From Perkinsus olseni (lineage: Eukaryota): 64,000 bases of DNA. The translations under genes and the position numbers were made by a program. Below are positions 13,208 through 25,077 of this stretch, in pieces. The stretch spans positions 62,001 to 126,000 of the forward strand of contig JABANN010000016.1 in NCBI GenBank assembly GCA_013115125.1, read 5' to 3'. The stretch's first letter is position 1, and each line of letters begins with the position of its first letter. The notes beneath the pieces were generated by a model that saw only the letters and a list, made by a program, of their open reading frames with translations, made no database searches and had not been told where the DNA came from.

Positions 13208-14252
13208 TCATGTAACAAGCAAGTGAGCATCAGCGAGCAGACTTGACGCTCTTTCCAACTTCGAGGATGCCGAGTTGATGCGGTTGCCGTTTTCCCTCTC
13301 GTAGCGCAGGAGAGTCAGCTCCTGAGTCAGCGCATCACGCTCTCGCCCTGGATGCAGTCCTACTACCTGCTGGACAGAGCCAATGCCACGCCGCACCTCG
13401 TGTAAACTCTCTCGGTCGATGGCTTCGATTCGGGACAGCATCTCCAGGGCTCGTCGAACGGCGGCAAGGCTGGAAGAGGATTGAAGGGAATCCTGTTGTT
13501 CCAGTGTCTTCACGCCAGCCTGGAGAGCGAGCGCCCGCAACGTTCCGCTTACAACAGTGATCTAGATAGTCTGTGGAGAGCTGATAGTCAACCATATGCG
13601 GCTTCGACTAGGCCCGGTAGGTTTAATTGGATCCCTGAAAGTGTCGCCATCACGAGTCTTGTGTAGGCCGCAGGATTGCCACCTCCCTCAGCAGGGCTCT
13701 CAGTGAGGTCCTCGTCCAGCATGGACTCACCCTCGAAACATAGTCCTTCGCCAGGGAGTAAGATCACGAGCAGGAAAAGGCGCGACACCCCGACGATCCC
13801 TCCGCCCTTCAACCTGGCCTCGTTGGACAGGGCCATCGGGGTGGAAAATGAGAGGCCTCACTTGCGAGTGATTGCGACCCTCTCTTCATCTTCCGAGCAG
13901 ATAACTGCGCTATTATCATCTCTCCCGGCGCGCAGCTCGTTTGCAATACGCACCTCCATTCCACATGTGATGATCTACGGACGGCCACCGCTAGAGTTCG
14001 CCGACAGCCACCGGAGTGCCTACGTCATCACCACCGACGCTCCGATCATTCGCAGACCACAACAAGCACGTTGTATCGTTCCTTTTGCACAGGGCACGCA
14101 TTCACCCACTCAAACCGTAGCCTGAGGGCGGCGCCATTAGCGACTCGAATATTACTGCTGTACATGGGAGCAATGGTGCGGCATAAAGCTGTCAAACTGC
14201 CCCTGCCTCTGGTCCTCCTCCTCCTCCAGCCAGCGACGTATGGTCTACGCAT
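13208..14252 (-). CDS. Hypothetical protein with coiled-coil-like C-terminus (structure and strand uncertain)
   Basis: ORF 13208-13540 reads as an amphipathic helical peptide; upstream exons not resolved. Confidence 0.3.
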
Positions 14253-14287
14253 TCTTTAGTAGCCGACCCGTATCCGAGAAGAGAAGG

Positions 14288-14409
14288 GAGGCCACCCTGC
14301 CAGGCAGGGTGGCCTCATTTTCCCATTCTGCATTCTGCAGATTCTGGCTTATTCCGCTACAGATTCTTTTCCCATTCATTCTGGCTACAGGCAGGGCCTG
14401 CCTGTAGCC
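14288..14409. repeat. Two perfect inverted repeats (14-bp and 13-bp arms, 1-nt spacers) with short direct repeats between them
   Basis: GAGGCCACCCTGCC-A-GGCAGGGTGGCCTC (14288-14316) and GGCTACAGGCAGG-G-CCTGCCTGTAGCC (14383-14409). Confidence 0.9.
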
Positions 14410-15364
14410 GGTTGAGTGTCTAGAAGGTCCTGATCAACTTCAGAAGAGGCATAGCTAAGCAGATGTGTATGTGAGCACCGCAAGACTCTTCAACCCCTGC
14501 TGTCTGCAGAGGTATCATGTAGCTGGGTTGAACATAAGACCGAGGCCTGCGGAACAGCCTTGCAGGGAAATCCTACTGATGGGCGAAATGTGGTAAGAGA
14601 CTCTAGCTGTTGATGGTCGTTTAGTGCCTGTCGCATCTCCAGAGCTTGTGGGGGGCCTGCTAAAGCCAGAAATGCCCAGCTGCGGTACGTTGAGACAGTG
14701 GGGGTATTACTCTGAGGAAAGGTCGGGAAGTGCTCGCTCGGAGGTACTCTTGGCCAGCTTCCCCCCCTCCCCTACTGGAGGTTCTGGAGACATTTGACAG
14801 CAGTAAGAGACTGGACGCTGGACGACACTGATGAAGCCGCCAAGTGAAACTTCGGTGTCGGGTGCTCGGAAGCGAGTCCAGTCCGGTCCGGTTGTGGATG
14901 GTCCCTTCCTGAATGCGGTATCCTCCCCAAAACTCCTCTTGGTAAAGTGCCTCCGAGCGAATAACCGTAACCGCACACCCTTCGGTCAAGCGAGGAAGTC
15001 AGGAATACATAAGTGCGGGACAGATAGGCGACAGGCTCGCTTCAACTCACATGTGGTGGTTTGAAGTCATCAGCCTGTTCGTGAGACCCCCCTCTCGAAT
15101 GCATCACGAGCAATCGTCCCCGCCAAGACCCCAAGTACCTGTAACATCGTTGAATGCTTTACTACCGCTGTTAAGTGGCAATCGCGCGCGCCCGAAAATC
15201 ATTCGGCCGCACGCAGACGGTGGTCTGTGCGTACAGGACATGGAAGCTGTCGAGAACCGTGACACTGAATGTTCTACCGGAAATCATCGCTTTATTGAGG
15301 CGATATGAGACTTTGCTGCTTTAGTTTGTTTATCCTCCGATCGAAGGTCGGTTTTCGTGGTTCC

Positions 15365-16753
15365 ATGTCCGAAACTGAGACTGACATCAAAGAGATCCCT
15401 CGTCGGAAGAGCACGCTCAACGTATTCCGCGAGAATGGTCATCTTATACTCAAGCTCGGCTCTGGATTCTTCGCGGACGCCTATGATATGTTTGTGATAG
15501 ACATAGTCCTGGCCATCTTGCAGGAGCTTCAGTTCGAGGATCCGGAGGGGATCGGCCTCACAGAGGAGACCAAAGGGCTCATCGCTGCCGCTACTTCCGC
15601 CGGTGCTGTGCTGGGGATGATTTTCTTCGGTGTACTCGGCGACTATGTCGGCCGTCGTGTATCGATCATATGGACTGGAGCTCTGGTCGTGCTCGGTTCT
15701 ATCGCCTCCGCCTGTGTACAGCGCTCCGAGGTCCTGTCGTTGGCCTACCAGCTCTGCATTTGCCGTGTGGTCCTCGGCTTCGGCATTGGTGGCGAGTACC
15801 CTCTGTCGGCGGCTATGGCATCGGAAAGGGCCTCTAGCGACGTTCGGGGTCGGGTGGTGGCCGGGGTTTTCTCTATGCAAGGCGTGGGCATGATCGCCGC
15901 CTCGGTGATACCGCTGATATTCCTGTCTGCTGGAGCGTCGATGCACTTCACGTGGCGCTTCCTGCTGGCCATTGCCGTGCTTCCCAGCGCCGGAGCGCTG
16001 TATTTTAGATTCGGTCTCAAAGAATCGGCTGCCTTCAATCAAGCCAGACGACGAGCCCCGGCGAACTTCGCCTCTCGAGTCAAATCAGTGTTGAACATCC
16101 TGGTCTTGGTTGCCGTGCCGCTCTTCGGCACTTCTCTGTCGTGGTTGTTCATGGATGTTACGTTTTATGGGACGGGTGAGTTCAAGCACGCCGTGGCTGA
16201 CTCGCTCTTCCCAGAGGGCGACGGCCACGATAAGGTCGTCGATGCCGCTATCTTTGCTATGGTCATCTCGTTCATTGCCCTACCTGGTTACATTTGCGCG
16301 TGTCTTTTTATAGATAAGTTAGGGCGATGGACGTTACAAGTTTTGGGTTTCTGCATGATGGTCGTCTTTTATCTGGTCATGGCCGTCTGTATACAGTTCA
16401 AGGCGAATGCATATCTCAATTTGGTGGTCTTCGGTGTGACTTTCTTCTGGACTAACTTTGGCCCCAATACTACCACTTTCATCATACCCTCCGAGATTTA
16501 CCCAACAGAAGTTAAGACCACTTGCCATGGGTTCTCCGCGGCCATGGGTAAAGTTGGTGCTATTATTGGGGCCTATTCGTTTCCTACCTTACAAGCTAGA
16601 GTAGGTCTTCATGTCGTCATGTATGTCTGCTGTGTCGTTGCAGCTGCGGGGCTGGTAGCGACTCTGGTATTCCTCAAGAAGAGCGTAGTTGACAAGGGCA
16701 TCAAACTTCAGTTAGATAAGCATTCGACTGCGCGCTACACAGCGCCGCAGTAA
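15365..16753 (+). CDS. Inorganic phosphate:H+ symporter, MFS PHO84/Pht1 family, copy 1
   Basis: Intronless multi-TM ORF with GFFADAYDMF, GDYVGRR, GIGGEYPLSA, NFGPNTTTFIIPSE, CHGFSAAMGKVGAIIG. Confidence 0.92.
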   Translation: MSETETDIKEIPRRKSTLNVFRENGHLILKLGSGFFADAYDMFVIDIVLAILQELQFEDPEGIGLTEETKGLIAAATSAGAVLGMIFFGVLGDYVGRRVSIIWTGALVVLGSIASACVQRSEVLSLAYQLCICRVVLGFGIGGEYPLSAAMASERASSDVRGRVVAGVFSMQGVGMIAASVIPLIFLSAGASMHFTWRFLLAIAVLPSAGALYFRFGLKESAAFNQARRRAPANFASRVKSVLNILVLVAVPLFGTSLSWLFMDVTFYGTGEFKHAVADSLFPEGDGHDKVVDAAIFAMVISFIALPGYICACLFIDKLGRWTLQVLGFCMMVVFYLVMAVCIQFKANAYLNLVVFGVTFFWTNFGPNTTTFIIPSEIYPTEVKTTCHGFSAAMGKVGAIIGAYSFPTLQARVGLHVVMYVCCVVAAAGLVATLVFLKKSVVDKGIKLQLDKHSTARYTAPQ

Positions 16754-17667
16754 GTTCTCGTCGGCGTTTAAAGTCCCTTCCGTCGTGAAATATTTTACGT
16801 TGCATAGTTCATCAGTATCACGTATTTGGCGCCTACCGTAACTACCTAGGTCTATCGGAAACGCGAGGCTACTCTCGCAGTTTACGAGACTTTCTTATTG
16901 TGGGCGTCTGCCTATCTTATCAATGAGCCAACTATATATGTAACGGGAGTGTGAGCTTCAGCGTCCCTCCTTATTTTTTCCGAGATGGGCGAGTCATTCT
17001 CACTCTCTCAAATAACTGCTACACCTGCTACTACTCTATTTGTTCACTCAGCGAGATGTTTTTTCATTCGGGCAGGATAAGTTGAGAATAAGTCCTGGCG
17101 TCCAGCACGTCTGGTCCAGGAAGCTGCGATGATTTAGTTTTGAGGAGTTGGTGTATTGAGTGGCGGTCTTGCGAGCACTACATTGATTGTTTGCGATATC
17201 TATCATGTGTGTTGTGTTCTGTATGAGGGTTGTCGGGGGGAAATGCTTATCTTGTCTTCGTTTCGGACGGCAATTCTGAAACCCAGAGTCGTTTCTGGAG
17301 ATGATGATAGAGGTCGCATGCGACTGTAGAATTGAATCTAGATTTCCATACCAGTTCTTTCGATGAACTGCATTGATTATCCCCTTGGTATCATGCGCTG
17401 TTGCGGTTGTTACACTAGCTGAGAGAACTCCTCGGGATGTCCCCTTTTGTGTGGCGGCTAGCCTGTCGAGCCATACATCAAATCGTGTACGGTCAGGTTT
17501 CAAGTCGGGTGTGATTCATCCGTTCACGCGTTGTGGAGGATAAGCGGGTTGAACTAGTTACGAAGGAGGTCTCAAATGCGCAAACTCGAGTCAACTGTGT
17601 CGCGGCATTGCTGTGATTTGGTCGTTCACTAGTAGAGTTCCTTTATTTGTTTCACCTCTCTGTTTTC

Positions 17668-19065
17668 ATGTCGTCGACTCCTAAGCCCGTTGTCGAGGTC
17701 AAGTCCCCAAGTACCTTCTCGGTATTTAAGGATAACTTTCCTCTCATATTGAAGCTCGGCTCCGGTTTCTTCGCCGATGCTTATGATATGTTTGTTATCG
17801 ATATCGTACTCTCCATCTTGGGCGAGCTTCAAGACATTGATGCCGACGGAATTGGCTTGGACGACAGCACTAAGGGCCTGATCGCCTCAGCCACTTCTAT
17901 CGGTGCTGTTGGTGGTATGATATTCTTCGGTATCATTGGTGATGAGGTTGGTCGTCGTTTAGCCATCCTTTGCACGGGCTCGCTCGTTGTTCTCGGCTCC
18001 ATCGCGTCAGCCTGCTGTATGAGGGCTGAGGCTTTCCCTCTGGCCTACCAACTCTTCCTTTGCCGTCTAGTTCTTGGTTTCGGCATTGGAGGCGAGTATC
18101 CTTTGTCGGCGGCAATGGCGTCCGAGCGCTCTTCGGCTGCCACTCGCGGTCGCGTCACTGCTGGAATCTTCTCCATGCAGGGATTGGGCGCGGTTGTTGC
18201 CGCAGTACTACCTCTAATACTACTTGCATGTGGGTCGCCGCTCCAGGCTACCTGGCGCGTTCTCTTAGCCGTCGCCGTGCTTCCCAGCGCTTTCGCTCTC
18301 TATTTGAGGTTCTCTCTAAAGGAGTCCGATAGCTTCAAGAACGCTAAAAGCAAGAGACATGGTAACACCATTGATCGGGCCTCCAAGTTCGCGAAGACCA
18401 TCTGGAAGCTCATCTTGCCACTTCTCGGTACCTCCCTGTCCTGGATGTTCATGGACATCACATTCTACGGGACCGGCGAGTTCAAGCACGTTGTGGCCAA
18501 TGAGTTGTTCCCCGGTGGAGAGGGCGTCCAGAAAGTTATGAACGATTCGTGGTTCGCCTTTGTGGTGTCTCTCGTGGGTCTTCCCGGCTATATCTGTGCT
18601 TGTATCTTCATCGATAAGCTCGGACGATGGAGATTGCAGGTTCTCGGTTTCGTGATGATGATATTGTTCTACTTGGTAATGGGTATATGCTCGCAGTTCA
18701 GCACCAATGCGTATTTGAACTTGGTTATTTTCGCCATTACATTTTTCTGGACTAACTTCGGTCCCAACACTACAACTTTCATCATTCCCTCTGAGATCTT
18801 CCCGATCGATGTTAAGAGTACTTGTCACGGTTTCTCGGCTTCTATGGGTAAAGTAGGTGCCATCATCGGTGCCTACTGCTTCCCCACTTTGCAAGCATCA
18901 ATGGGCCTAGCAGGCGTCATGTACGTATGTGCTGGTGTGGCGGCCTTGGGTTTGGCATCAACGTTGATATTCTTAAAGAGGAAGCTGTTGGATGGTGCCG
19001 CGGATGCTTCCCACGATGGTTATTCCACCGAAGATTCCGATGTCGAGCTCAAGCCCTCCGCCTAA
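17668..19065 (+). CDS. Inorganic phosphate:H+ symporter, PHO84/Pht1 family, copy 2
   Basis: Same signature motifs as copy 1; intronless. Confidence 0.92.
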   Translation: MSSTPKPVVEVKSPSTFSVFKDNFPLILKLGSGFFADAYDMFVIDIVLSILGELQDIDADGIGLDDSTKGLIASATSIGAVGGMIFFGIIGDEVGRRLAILCTGSLVVLGSIASACCMRAEAFPLAYQLFLCRLVLGFGIGGEYPLSAAMASERSSAATRGRVTAGIFSMQGLGAVVAAVLPLILLACGSPLQATWRVLLAVAVLPSAFALYLRFSLKESDSFKNAKSKRHGNTIDRASKFAKTIWKLILPLLGTSLSWMFMDITFYGTGEFKHVVANELFPGGEGVQKVMNDSWFAFVVSLVGLPGYICACIFIDKLGRWRLQVLGFVMMILFYLVMGICSQFSTNAYLNLVIFAITFFWTNFGPNTTTFIIPSEIFPIDVKSTCHGFSASMGKVGAIIGAYCFPTLQASMGLAGVMYVCAGVAALGLASTLIFLKRKLLDGAADASHDGYSTEDSDVELKPSA

Positions 19066-19490
19066 GCACTTTTGTGGTTTTCTGTAGAGATGGTGCCAAC
19101 TCAGATGGTCTGCTCGAGTCAACCAACCTGTCATAAATTGTTGGGGTTACTCTCAGCAACAAGGCTATTCTCTCCTCTAGTCAGGAGGTGCTTTAATAAG
19201 TGTTATTCGGTGCAAAGCCGATGATGTTCCTCCGGGCAATAATCAGCATTCTCGGTTATGTGATAGAGATATGTGTACATACGTTGTTATTGCCGATTCC
19301 GGTGTAAATAGAGCAGGCAGAGATTTCTCCGCTCAATTTTGCACGCCCTCGCCGTACCATTCTCTGAAGGAGATGGTGTGGCGTACGCGCACAATCTTAT
19401 TTGGGGCTTTAAAAGCTGCACGTCAGCTGAATGCCTCGTTGCTGAACTAGAACGATCGTTATTATTTTCCGCCGGTTGTCAAGAGTGTCA

Positions 19491-19684
19491 TCGTAGGAGT
19501 ATCGCTCTCGATCGAAGTGTTTATTGCCGGTGTTATCGGCAGATCCCTTGAAGGCTAAGCGATGCCCTGCACGTCAGGATCGTCAGTCTAGAGGCATTCT
19601 GCTGTTTCTACTATAAGTTCTACTACCAAGTTGTCAGGGTGTAGTCGTATACTTATCACCCGTGGTTGTTTCTCCCGTGTCGAT
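19491..19684 (+). repeat. ~195-bp conserved non-coding element, copy A (downstream of transporter 2)
   Basis: Aligns along its length with 26694-26890; invariant blocks include GCGATGCCCTGCACGTCAGGATCG and CTTATCACCCGTGGTTGTTTCT. Confidence 0.85.
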
Positions 19685-20443
19685 GTTAATGGACAAGTGT
19701 TGTGTTTTCTAGTGTAAGGTACTGTTATTCGATAGACGTCCTTTGTCAGCTTTTAGCTCATCTCGGGTTCCCGTCTCCGTTACCTCTTATCGCGGTTCGC
19801 TCTTCGCGCGTCGGAGGAATCCCGACAATCGATGAGTTTGTAGAATAATCGACCGTTACATAGCCCTATTCCTGTATGTAGGACAGATTAGGTCTCAACA
19901 CGCGAGACCCCTGTGTATTTCCCTTTCGCCGCCGGCGACTCGCCGATCGTCTGCTGCGGCCTCGCTCTGAGACGACTGAGCGAAAGCGACGCAATCATTA
20001 CGGTGGAGCTATGAGGACCGCCGTAGTCCTTTCAGAACATCACTTCCAGCCTCCACAATTGAGTATCGGGTTGGTAGTTCTCTTCCGAGCGCGGCTGGCA
20101 TGTGCATGCGTGCAGAGGGCGGTGAGCCCGAGCGTGTACGTGCCAACTGGGGTGACTAGACCAAATAACATTAGAGGCATGGTCGTAGTAGAGATGATAC
20201 TTGCCGCCGAGGTGACACTCGGAGTGCTCAATCACGGGAGCCATACCCCGTCGCAGTGGCGTGCAAGGGGCAGATAGATTCGTCGGGAGAAATGGGAGGG
20301 AGTGGAAGTCGATTAACCGGGGATGGTCGGTGGAGTGCTTGAGGTTTTCCTCACACTTCGGGATACTGCGATCCCGGTGTGATTCCATTTCAATGATGCA
20401 TATGCGCCTCGTTAGGGTTTATATTCTCGGTGAACCTCAGTTG

Positions 20444-21814
20444 ATGCCCTCGAGCGTAAGCTCGACGAGTACAGTAAAAGTCTTCAAGGAGAATGGTCCC
20501 CTGTTGTTCAAGCTCGGAATCGGCTTCTTCGCCGATGCCTACGATTTGTTCGTAATCGATTTAGTTCTGGCGATGCTGAGTGAGCTCAATCACGAGGACC
20601 CTACAGGTGTTGGTCTCAACTCGGCAACTAAAGGGGCCATCGCGGCGGCCACCTCTGTTGGCGCGGTGGTCGGTATGATTCTTTTCGGAGTACTCGGAGA
20701 CCGTGTTGGGCGCCGTGTGTCTATATTGGTGACTGGTACTCTGGTAGCTCTCGGCTCGATCGCCTCTGCTTGTGCACAAAGATCGTCAACCTTTCCCCTT
20801 GCGGACCAGTTAATTTTATTCCGATTCGTTCTGGGTATTGGAATTGGCGGCGAGTACCCTCTCTCAGCGGCTATGGCGTCGGAGAGGTCCAGCACAGACA
20901 TCAGGGGTCGGGTAACGGCTGGTGTCTTCTCCATGCAAGGGTTGGGACTGCTGACAGCCTCCATCGTCCCTCTCGTACTCGTAGCAGCCAAAGTGCCCTT
21001 GGAAGCGGCCTGGCGAACATCCTTAGCCTTCGCGGTGGTCCCCGTCCCCATTGCCTTATACTTGAGGTTCAGGATGTCTGAGTCCGCGGCTTTCATGAAC
21101 TCACAAAGAAGTCGGAGGGGATCGGCTTGTGACCGAGTGAAGGCATCCCTATCGATAATCTTGAGCTTCCTGATACCGCTTCTTGGTACGTCTCTGTCGT
21201 GGTTCTTCATGGACATAACCTTCTATGGAACGGGCGAGTTCAAGCATGCCGTGTCTTCTGATATCTTCCCCTCTGGGGAGGGGCTAGAGAAGATCACAAA
21301 TGACGGAATCTTTGCGGTTATTGTTGCTGTGATAGCCCTACCCGGTTACATTTGCGCGTGTCTTTTTATAGATAAGTTAGGGCGATGGACGTTACAAGTT
21401 TTGGGTTTCTGCATGATGGTCGTCTTTTATCTGGTCATGGCCGTCTGTATACAGTTCAACGCGAATGCATATCTCAATTTGGTGGTCTTCGGTGTTACTT
21501 TCTTCTGGACTAACTTTGGCCCCAATACTACCACTTTCATCATACCCTCCGAGATTTTCCCAACAGAAGTTAAGACGACTTGCCACGGGTTCTCCGCGGC
21601 CATGGGTAAAGTTGGTGCTATTATTGGGACCTATTCGTTCCCCGTGGTCCAGGATGGGATTGGCTTGAATGGCGTGATGTACGTATGCACGGGGGTAGCG
21701 GCCCTTGGTCTCGCCTCTACACTGGTCTTCCTCCGTCGTGCAGTTGCAGACGGTGCCCCTGATGTCTCAGAGTGCCGCACTGCGTCGAAGCTCAGTACAG
21801 TAGATATTGCGTAA
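20444..21814 (+). CDS. Inorganic phosphate:H+ symporter, PHO84/Pht1 family, copy 3
   Basis: GFFADAYDLF, GIGGEYPLSA, NFGPNTTTFIIPSE; start chosen by alignment with paralogues. Confidence 0.92.
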   Translation: MPSSVSSTSTVKVFKENGPLLFKLGIGFFADAYDLFVIDLVLAMLSELNHEDPTGVGLNSATKGAIAAATSVGAVVGMILFGVLGDRVGRRVSILVTGTLVALGSIASACAQRSSTFPLADQLILFRFVLGIGIGGEYPLSAAMASERSSTDIRGRVTAGVFSMQGLGLLTASIVPLVLVAAKVPLEAAWRTSLAFAVVPVPIALYLRFRMSESAAFMNSQRSRRGSACDRVKASLSIILSFLIPLLGTSLSWFFMDITFYGTGEFKHAVSSDIFPSGEGLEKITNDGIFAVIVAVIALPGYICACLFIDKLGRWTLQVLGFCMMVVFYLVMAVCIQFNANAYLNLVVFGVTFFWTNFGPNTTTFIIPSEIFPTEVKTTCHGFSAAMGKVGAIIGTYSFPVVQDGIGLNGVMYVCTGVAALGLASTLVFLRRAVADGAPDVSECRTASKLSTVDIA

Positions 21815-22241
21815 TTACCTGCCCCTTCAGTCGAAGCACGACTTCGAGCACCGAACTTAGGAGATTTCCCGCCGAAAGGGGCGATGTGAACATCGCACGG
21901 ACACGGCATTCGCACGACGAAGTCGCTGCCCGTTGTGTTCCAGTCCTGTTAGTCCTTACTGTTCAGAGTTTTTCGTCTGCTTTTTTTACGTCCGGTGTCA
22001 GACGCGACTCATTTTCCGTTGATTGATTGGAGTGTCTAGGCGAGTCGATTTCTGGGTCACTCGTAGAGTCTAATAGATTATCATTCTGTTTGGAGTGCCC
22101 TCAGTCTCGGGCACAGGTGTCGGTGTTGCGCTGTCACAGTTGGGATAGAGTAAGGTATGCCGTATGCGGTGCATAGATGAAACCTGCGGTGTTGAGCTTC
22201 TTGAGTGCGTAAATTGTCCCACGGCGGCAGTTTGTTCGCAA

Positions 22242-23645
22242 ATGCAGACACCCTTGCTCCGTAGTTACCCTCGGATGGCCGATCTTAGTGAGACCGATGT
22301 CTTCAAGGAAAGAGCCGGACTGATAATGAAACTGGGCTCGGGCTTCTTCGCTGATGCGTACGACCTCTTCATCATAGACATCGTTCTGGCTATACTTGAC
22401 CAGCTGCCCGCCTCCCAAGGCCTCGGTCTGACGAGTGGCTCTCGCGGTTTGATCGCCTGCTCAACGTCACTTGGTGCTGTCATCGGAATGGTCTTCTTCG
22501 GCGTTCTTGGTGACCGTGTGGGTCGCCGCGCCGGCATACTGTGCACTGGCACCCTGGTCTTCCTAGGGTCGATGGCATCTAGCTTAGTCATGAGAACACG
22601 AAGTTTTCCTCTCGCCTACCAGCTGTGTCTGACCCGCTTCGTTCTGGGTTTTGGCATTGGTGGAGAGTACCCTCTCTCGGCCGCTATGGCTGCAGAAAAA
22701 TCCCAATCGGAGGTGCGTGGACGAATGGTGGCTGCCGTGTTTTCTATGCAAGGTGTCGGTATGATTGCAGCGGCACTGGTACCACTCGTCGTGCTCTCCG
22801 CCGGTCTCTCGCTCGAGCTCGCTTGGCGTCTCCTATTGTGTTTTGCGGTGGTTCCCAGCGGCTTGTCCCTTTACTGGCGATTCGGACTCGAGGAAACCAG
22901 CGCGTTTGACCAGCTCCAGTACAGTAGAAGCAGAGAGAGCGACGTTTGGAGCACGCTGAGGTCGACGATTCGCGAGCACTGGACGCCGTTGCTTGGAGCT
23001 GCTCTGTCGTGGTTACTCATGGACGTTACCTTCTACGGCACAGCTGAGTTCAAACACGAAGTTGCGGACAGTCTATTCGCGCAGAAGGCAGGTGTTGCTC
23101 AAGTTGAAAGAGACTCTTGGTTCGCGCTGGTGGTGTCGGTCATAGCTTTGCCCGGCTACGTCTGTGCCTGCCTCTTCATAGACACGGTTGGCCGCTACCG
23201 CCTGCAAGCCGTCGGATTTGCCATGATGACACTGTTTTACTTGATTATGGCCGCGTCCACGCGCCTCGGCGCTGCTCTGTGGGTCAACTTACTTATTTTC
23301 AGTGCAACGTTCTTCTGGACCAACTTCGGACCGAACGTTACAACCTACATCATTCCATCCGAGATTTTTCCCGTGGCGTCCCGCACGACTTGTCACGGCA
23401 TATGTGCAGCGTCTGGCAAGATCGGCGCCATTGTCGGTGCGTATTTCTTCCCGGTCGTCCAGAGCTGGTCAGGTCTTCCGTTCGTGATGGTCGTGTGTGC
23501 CGGAATCGCCGCACTTGGCTTGCTTTGCACAGTCAAGCTTCTACCGGTATGCCACATCGCGATGGACACTCTGTCAACCGCTCCGGCGTCGGGCCTCGAG
23601 ATGGCCCCTCTTTCAACGGTTCGAGAATGGCCTGGCGGGAAGTAA
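22242..23645 (+). CDS. Inorganic phosphate:H+ symporter, PHO84/Pht1 family, copy 4
   Basis: GFFADAYDLF, GIGGEYPLSA, NFGPNVTTYIIPSE, CHGICAASGKIGA. Confidence 0.92.
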   Translation: MQTPLLRSYPRMADLSETDVFKERAGLIMKLGSGFFADAYDLFIIDIVLAILDQLPASQGLGLTSGSRGLIACSTSLGAVIGMVFFGVLGDRVGRRAGILCTGTLVFLGSMASSLVMRTRSFPLAYQLCLTRFVLGFGIGGEYPLSAAMAAEKSQSEVRGRMVAAVFSMQGVGMIAAALVPLVVLSAGLSLELAWRLLLCFAVVPSGLSLYWRFGLEETSAFDQLQYSRSRESDVWSTLRSTIREHWTPLLGAALSWLLMDVTFYGTAEFKHEVADSLFAQKAGVAQVERDSWFALVVSVIALPGYVCACLFIDTVGRYRLQAVGFAMMTLFYLIMAASTRLGAALWVNLLIFSATFFWTNFGPNVTTYIIPSEIFPVASRTTCHGICAASGKIGAIVGAYFFPVVQSWSGLPFVMVVCAGIAALGLLCTVKLLPVCHIAMDTLSTAPASGLEMAPLSTVREWPGGK

Positions 23646-25077
23646 GTTCGGACTGGGGCTGCCTCGGATCGGCTCATTGAGCAGCACGTGGCTCCCGTCC
23701 ATCGGAGTCGCTGGGCTGAGCCTGTCAATATCTGTCTTGCCGTGAAAGTGTGCTCTATTGTATGCCCCACACTCAGGAGTCTCATTGCCCTCCGCTGGGC
23801 TCTAAGAAAGAGTGCGCGACTGGAAGCTATTGTAAGTGCCCCCTTCAGATACACCCGCCTGCCGTCCGTCGGTACTGCCCATGAGGACGCGGAGTTCGAC
23901 CCAGAAGGCCTGTGATTTGAAATTGTGATCATTGTAGCGATATGTTTCTAATCTTTGCAGCGAGCATGGCCTTCCAGTCATCACGAGGGTCGAAATTCCC
24001 CGACGCATGCAAAGCGAATGGCTCAAGCCGAAGACCCGAGAGGTCATCGTTCAAGGACTTTAACCAAAGAACACAGGAGGCTCACAGAAACTGGTTTCTT
24101 GCATGCACCGCCGTGGCACAGCTCATCGTCCGTGCCTCATCCATTTTCGGTATTTTCGAACGATCGAAATGACTGAGAGGTAGGCGAGAGGTTACAATAG
24201 TAACCACGTTGAAACTCACGTGGTCCCGAACCATGGGCAGCTCGTGTTGGCCATCTAGAGCCTGGCGACCTGTGCTTACACCACACATCCAGAGACCTTT
24301 CCTGTGTTACTGGCGCGGTAACTGAAATGACGCTATAGGATGAAGGGCGATCTTCCTAGCTATCTGAAGGAGCGCCAGCAACAGAAAATATGTGACAATA
24401 ACGTTCCAGTGACCTCCGGTTCTCTCTCACGACTAAGCAATGGTGGAAAGTTCGAGCTGAAGATAGGCTATTATGCAAAATCGGAAGACATGGGAAAATG
24501 AACCGCAGCAATCGAACAGTAATAAGTCGGCTAGTTCGAAGCCAACCCCATAGCACTCATATGATAGCGGCTCTCCCGACTTACCGCGAGCTGTAAGGCC
24601 CATCCGCGAGCAGAAGCAGGAACGAGTCGCCCCGTTTACGACGTTCAAACGCATTTTTGAAGGAAGACTGTCGCCGACGGCTCGTTGTTGTTGAATGGTC
24701 GCCCAGATCGTCACGCGCCACAAAATTAGTCCACCGCGCGCGCCCTGACCCTTGACAGCGTCGTGTTGGTCCACAGAGCGGTGTCGGTCTAGCTTCTTCT
24801 TGTACGGCCCATACGCGGACTTCGAATAGGTTGTTGCTACTTCGGATAAGGACTGGTGATCTCACGCTTCTCTGCTCGAACTCTCAACGGACGCGTTTCA
24901 GGGAGGCCTTTGACCAGCAGCAAGCGTGCCTGGCAGTCGACACGGTTAAAGAGTTGGGCTAGGACTCGGCAGGAGTGGGATTTTGGATTTAGAGCTAGGG
25001 AAGGGTGAAGCGGCTAGAGATCTCTGTGGCATGCTGTTAATAGAAGCGTTATTTGTGCTTGTGCTGTAAAAACATTA

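Noticed and set aside
14420-14660. Possible structured ncRNA (hammerhead-like CTGATG..GAAA, SRP- or RNase P-like words)
   Set aside because: Core motifs are incomplete and I could not build the required helices; it would need an Rfam search.
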